Shown here in pieces: positions 61,438 through 64,000 of a DNA stretch of 64,000 nucleotides. This DNA is from Lama guanicoe (taxonomy: Eukaryota): positions 18,046,029 to 18,110,028 of the forward strand of contig MU054323.1 in NCBI GenBank assembly GCA_013239625.1, in the 5' to 3' direction. Below the pieces are notes generated by a model. It was given only the letters and a program-made list of their open reading frames with translations, had not been told where the DNA came from and made no database searches. The translations under genes were made by a program, and so were the position numbers. Numbering within the stretch: position 1 is the first letter of the stretch; each line of letters begins with the position of its first letter.

Positions 61438-62243
61438 TGTGGTGAAGTTTTTCAAAAGCGGCCACAGTTGTTTTCCTCCATGTAGCTGACCTTTGCCGTA
61501 TCTCCCATCAGGAAGCAGAGTGTATTTCCTCACCCCTTGACTCTGGGCTGGGCTTGTGCTGGTTCACAAGTGGGCCCCCGTACACAGGGGCAGGAGGGAT
61601 GGAAGATTGGCAGCTAGCAGGTTTAAGAAGCAAGGGAACTTACATAGGAGGCTTGTCTTGGGCAGCTGCCTCTGGTTCAGTCATGTTTTCAGTCCAGACG
61701 GTATAACAACCCCTTACTCTCAGGCTGCATCCTTGAAATGGCTGCTAGTTTGAACATGGTAGGCAGGAAGTCCATTCCAAGAACAGGGGAGGATGAGGAG
61801 CCCTGAGTTGCCTGGGCCAACCAGCAGCCACATCCTCCCCACGACCACCATCAACCTGCGACTTGCTTTAGCCAATAGAATGTAGCAAAAGTGGTTTGCT
61901 GTTCCTGAGCCTCGGCCCAAGAGGCTTTTCACACCTGCATTTGCTCTCTTGGAACCACCACATGAAGGAGCCCAGGTTGCCTACTGGGTGAGGAGAGGTC
62001 TGTGGCCCCAGGCCCTCCTGATCCCAGCAGCTACACAGTCAGCCCCCAGGAGCAGAGCTGGGTAGCTGACCTGTAGTTGAGCACGCATCCAGCTGAGATC
62101 AGATCAGAACCTGAGATCAGAACCCCTCAGGTCGGCACAACCTAAACTGCTGACCCTTAGATGCCTAAGAAAAAGAAATGATGACTGTCCAACATCACCA
62201 GTTTGGGGAATCATTGGTTACCCAAGGGAAATAAACCGAAACA
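61438..62243 (+). mobile_element. MLT1F-type LTR with a nested LTR-like insertion (about 61559-61860)
   Basis: MLT1 motif ctgggcttgtg|acttgctttagccaatagaatg split by about 300 bp; TSD TTCAC/CTCAC. Confidence 0.75.
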
Positions 62244-62355
62244 CTCACGATACTGTTTTGGTGGAGGTGATACATTTGTATTTAGTGGCAATTATCCTAA
62301 TTGAAAAATAGGAAGAATGTTGATTCAATAAGAAAAAGATCACAATGTTAAAAAA

Positions 62356-62373
62356 CACACACACACACACACA
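62356..62373 (+). repeat. (CA)n microsatellite
   Basis: Direct reading. Confidence 0.9.
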
Positions 62374-62998
62374 TAGTAATACCATTTATAAAGTGGTAAA
62401 AATAAAAACAGGAAGTTGTGATCCTACCGGTTATTAAATGTTGCTGAGCCCATCTCTCCTGTAAGTATCCCCTGAAACCATTTTAGGCCAGCAATTCTGA
62501 GACACTGTGTAGTTTAAGAGAAACGATCTATTGACTGAGCATACGATTACATGGGGTTTAGTCTTAATTCTGCAGCTAGAAGGACATCTTGAGAATCTGT
62601 TTTGTTTGTTTTGTTTTTGTTTTTGTTTTTTAAATCTCTGTGGGCCTCATGTTTCACAACCACAAAAGACAGGACTTACAGTAGCAGTAGCAATAGTAGC
62701 TAAGATTCATTGTCGGCTTATGGAATGTGGCAGGCACTGTTCTGTGGACTTTCAGGTATTGCCTAATTTCTTAAGAGTTGTGCTTCAAATTTCTCATCTG
62801 TAAAAAGATGCACTACCATCTTCTCTCTTTGAGGATGAAATGAAATGGCCCTGAACCATCTCTAGGATTTAAAGGTCCCAGCAGTCTAAGGCTTATCAGT
62901 ATTTCTTTGTAAGGTAGTACAATTAAGCAGAACACTTTTTGTCTTCACTTAGCAATCAGTTTGGTAAATAATTATGAAGTAGGCATTTTTTTAAACAG

Positions 62999-63325
62999 GT
63001 CTTTGCTTCATTCACTGGGGATTTTTTGGGACTGAATTTCTCAAGCCAATGTCGATAAATCTTTTACATCCAAAGGAAGATGTAAAGCTCAATAGTACAC
63101 CAGCAGTATGTGGATGACTGCAAGGTCTAGGTCAGCCACTGGCTGAGCGTTGAGAAAAGTCAAATTTCAGGGAGAACCTGAAAAATGTTGCTGTTTATAA
63201 GACCTTAAAGATTGACTACTTTAAGTGACTTTCACATCAATGGAAGCCAAGGTGGGGACAATTTGCATCCGTCAGAGGCAGACTGTCACTTGCTGGGGTT
63301 CTTGAACATACAAAAAGCACTAACC
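62999..63325 (+). other. Plus-oriented exon-like segment, 327 bp
   Basis: Acceptor cattttttttaaacAG-like, donor ACC|GTAAGG; length is a multiple of 3; frame interrupted. Confidence 0.3.
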
Positions 63326-63334
63326 GTAAGGGAA

Positions 63335-64000
63335 AAAATTGATTTCTAGACTCAAAGTTAGGAACGATTCTTTACAGACACTAGAGAGTGATAAGGCAAG
63401 TTACAGAGTGAGGGATGCTATTTGCACTACCTACAAACATAAATATTTTTTTTTCCACATGGCAATAAGAAAAATGTGTGTGAATAGAAAAATGGGCAAA
63501 GTAGCTGAACAGGCAACTTATAAATATCCAAAATGCTACTAAGCATATGAAAAGGTGCTTGAAATCATCAGTCTTGGGAGAATCACATTAAATCACAGTA
63601 ACTGGGATGACTAAAGTGTAAAAGACAATACCAGCTGTTTGCAAAGATGCAGAGTAACTGGGATTTTCAAATGCTGTGGAGGGGCGTGTACATTGGTACA
63701 ACAGCTTTGGAGAACTGTCACATTTAGGTAAAGTGAAGGCATGTGCATCCTCCCAATCGGCTACTTTACTTCTGGTTATATATGCAACAGGGGAGGTGTA
63801 CGTGATGTTCACCAAAAGACACATGCAAGGATGTTTATAGTGATGCTGCTTGTAGCAGAACAGAACTGGAAATAACCAAGTGTCCATCAAAAGTAGGTAA
63901 ATGGTGGTATATTCATAAAATGGAATACTTTATTGTAAAGAATAAACTGCTACATGCAAACACCTGGATGAATCTTCTAGACATATTCAGTAGAAAAAGG
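63335..64000 (+). mobile_element. L1ME-type ORF2 end / 3' region
   Basis: atagaaaaatgggcaaag...aagcatatgaaaaggtgct...tggtatattcataaaatggaatact. Confidence 0.85.

Noticed and set aside
1..64000. CRISPR arrays, operons or other prokaryotic systems
   Set aside because: Sequence is mammalian; no regularly spaced repeats or gene-dense ORFs.

Overview
Mammalian genomic DNA, almost certainly camelid (a Vic-1-type tRNA-derived SINE and camelid-type L1 3' ends are present). I find no intact protein-coding gene, RNA gene or CRISPR array. A large share of the window is old interspersed repeats: L1, L2, MIR, MLT1/ERVL/ERV1 LTRs and MER DNA transposons. The unique sequence between repeats repeatedly resolves into 100-1500 bp segments. 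Each is bounded by a polypyrimidine-AG acceptor and a GT donor, and has a nearly open reading frame with scattered stops. Several neighbouring segments have compatible splice phases. I read these as the fossil of one large multi-exon gene (a unitary pseudogene, more than 20 exons, low-complexity protein) on the minus strand. Some blocks (about 27.7-31.5 kb, 38.8-39.6 kb, possibly 11.5 kb and 63 kb) carry the same kind of exon on the plus strand, which suggests local inversions after gene death. I could not identify the parent gene. Repeat subfamily names are from recall of consensus sequences, and boundaries without target-site duplications (TSDs) are approximate.
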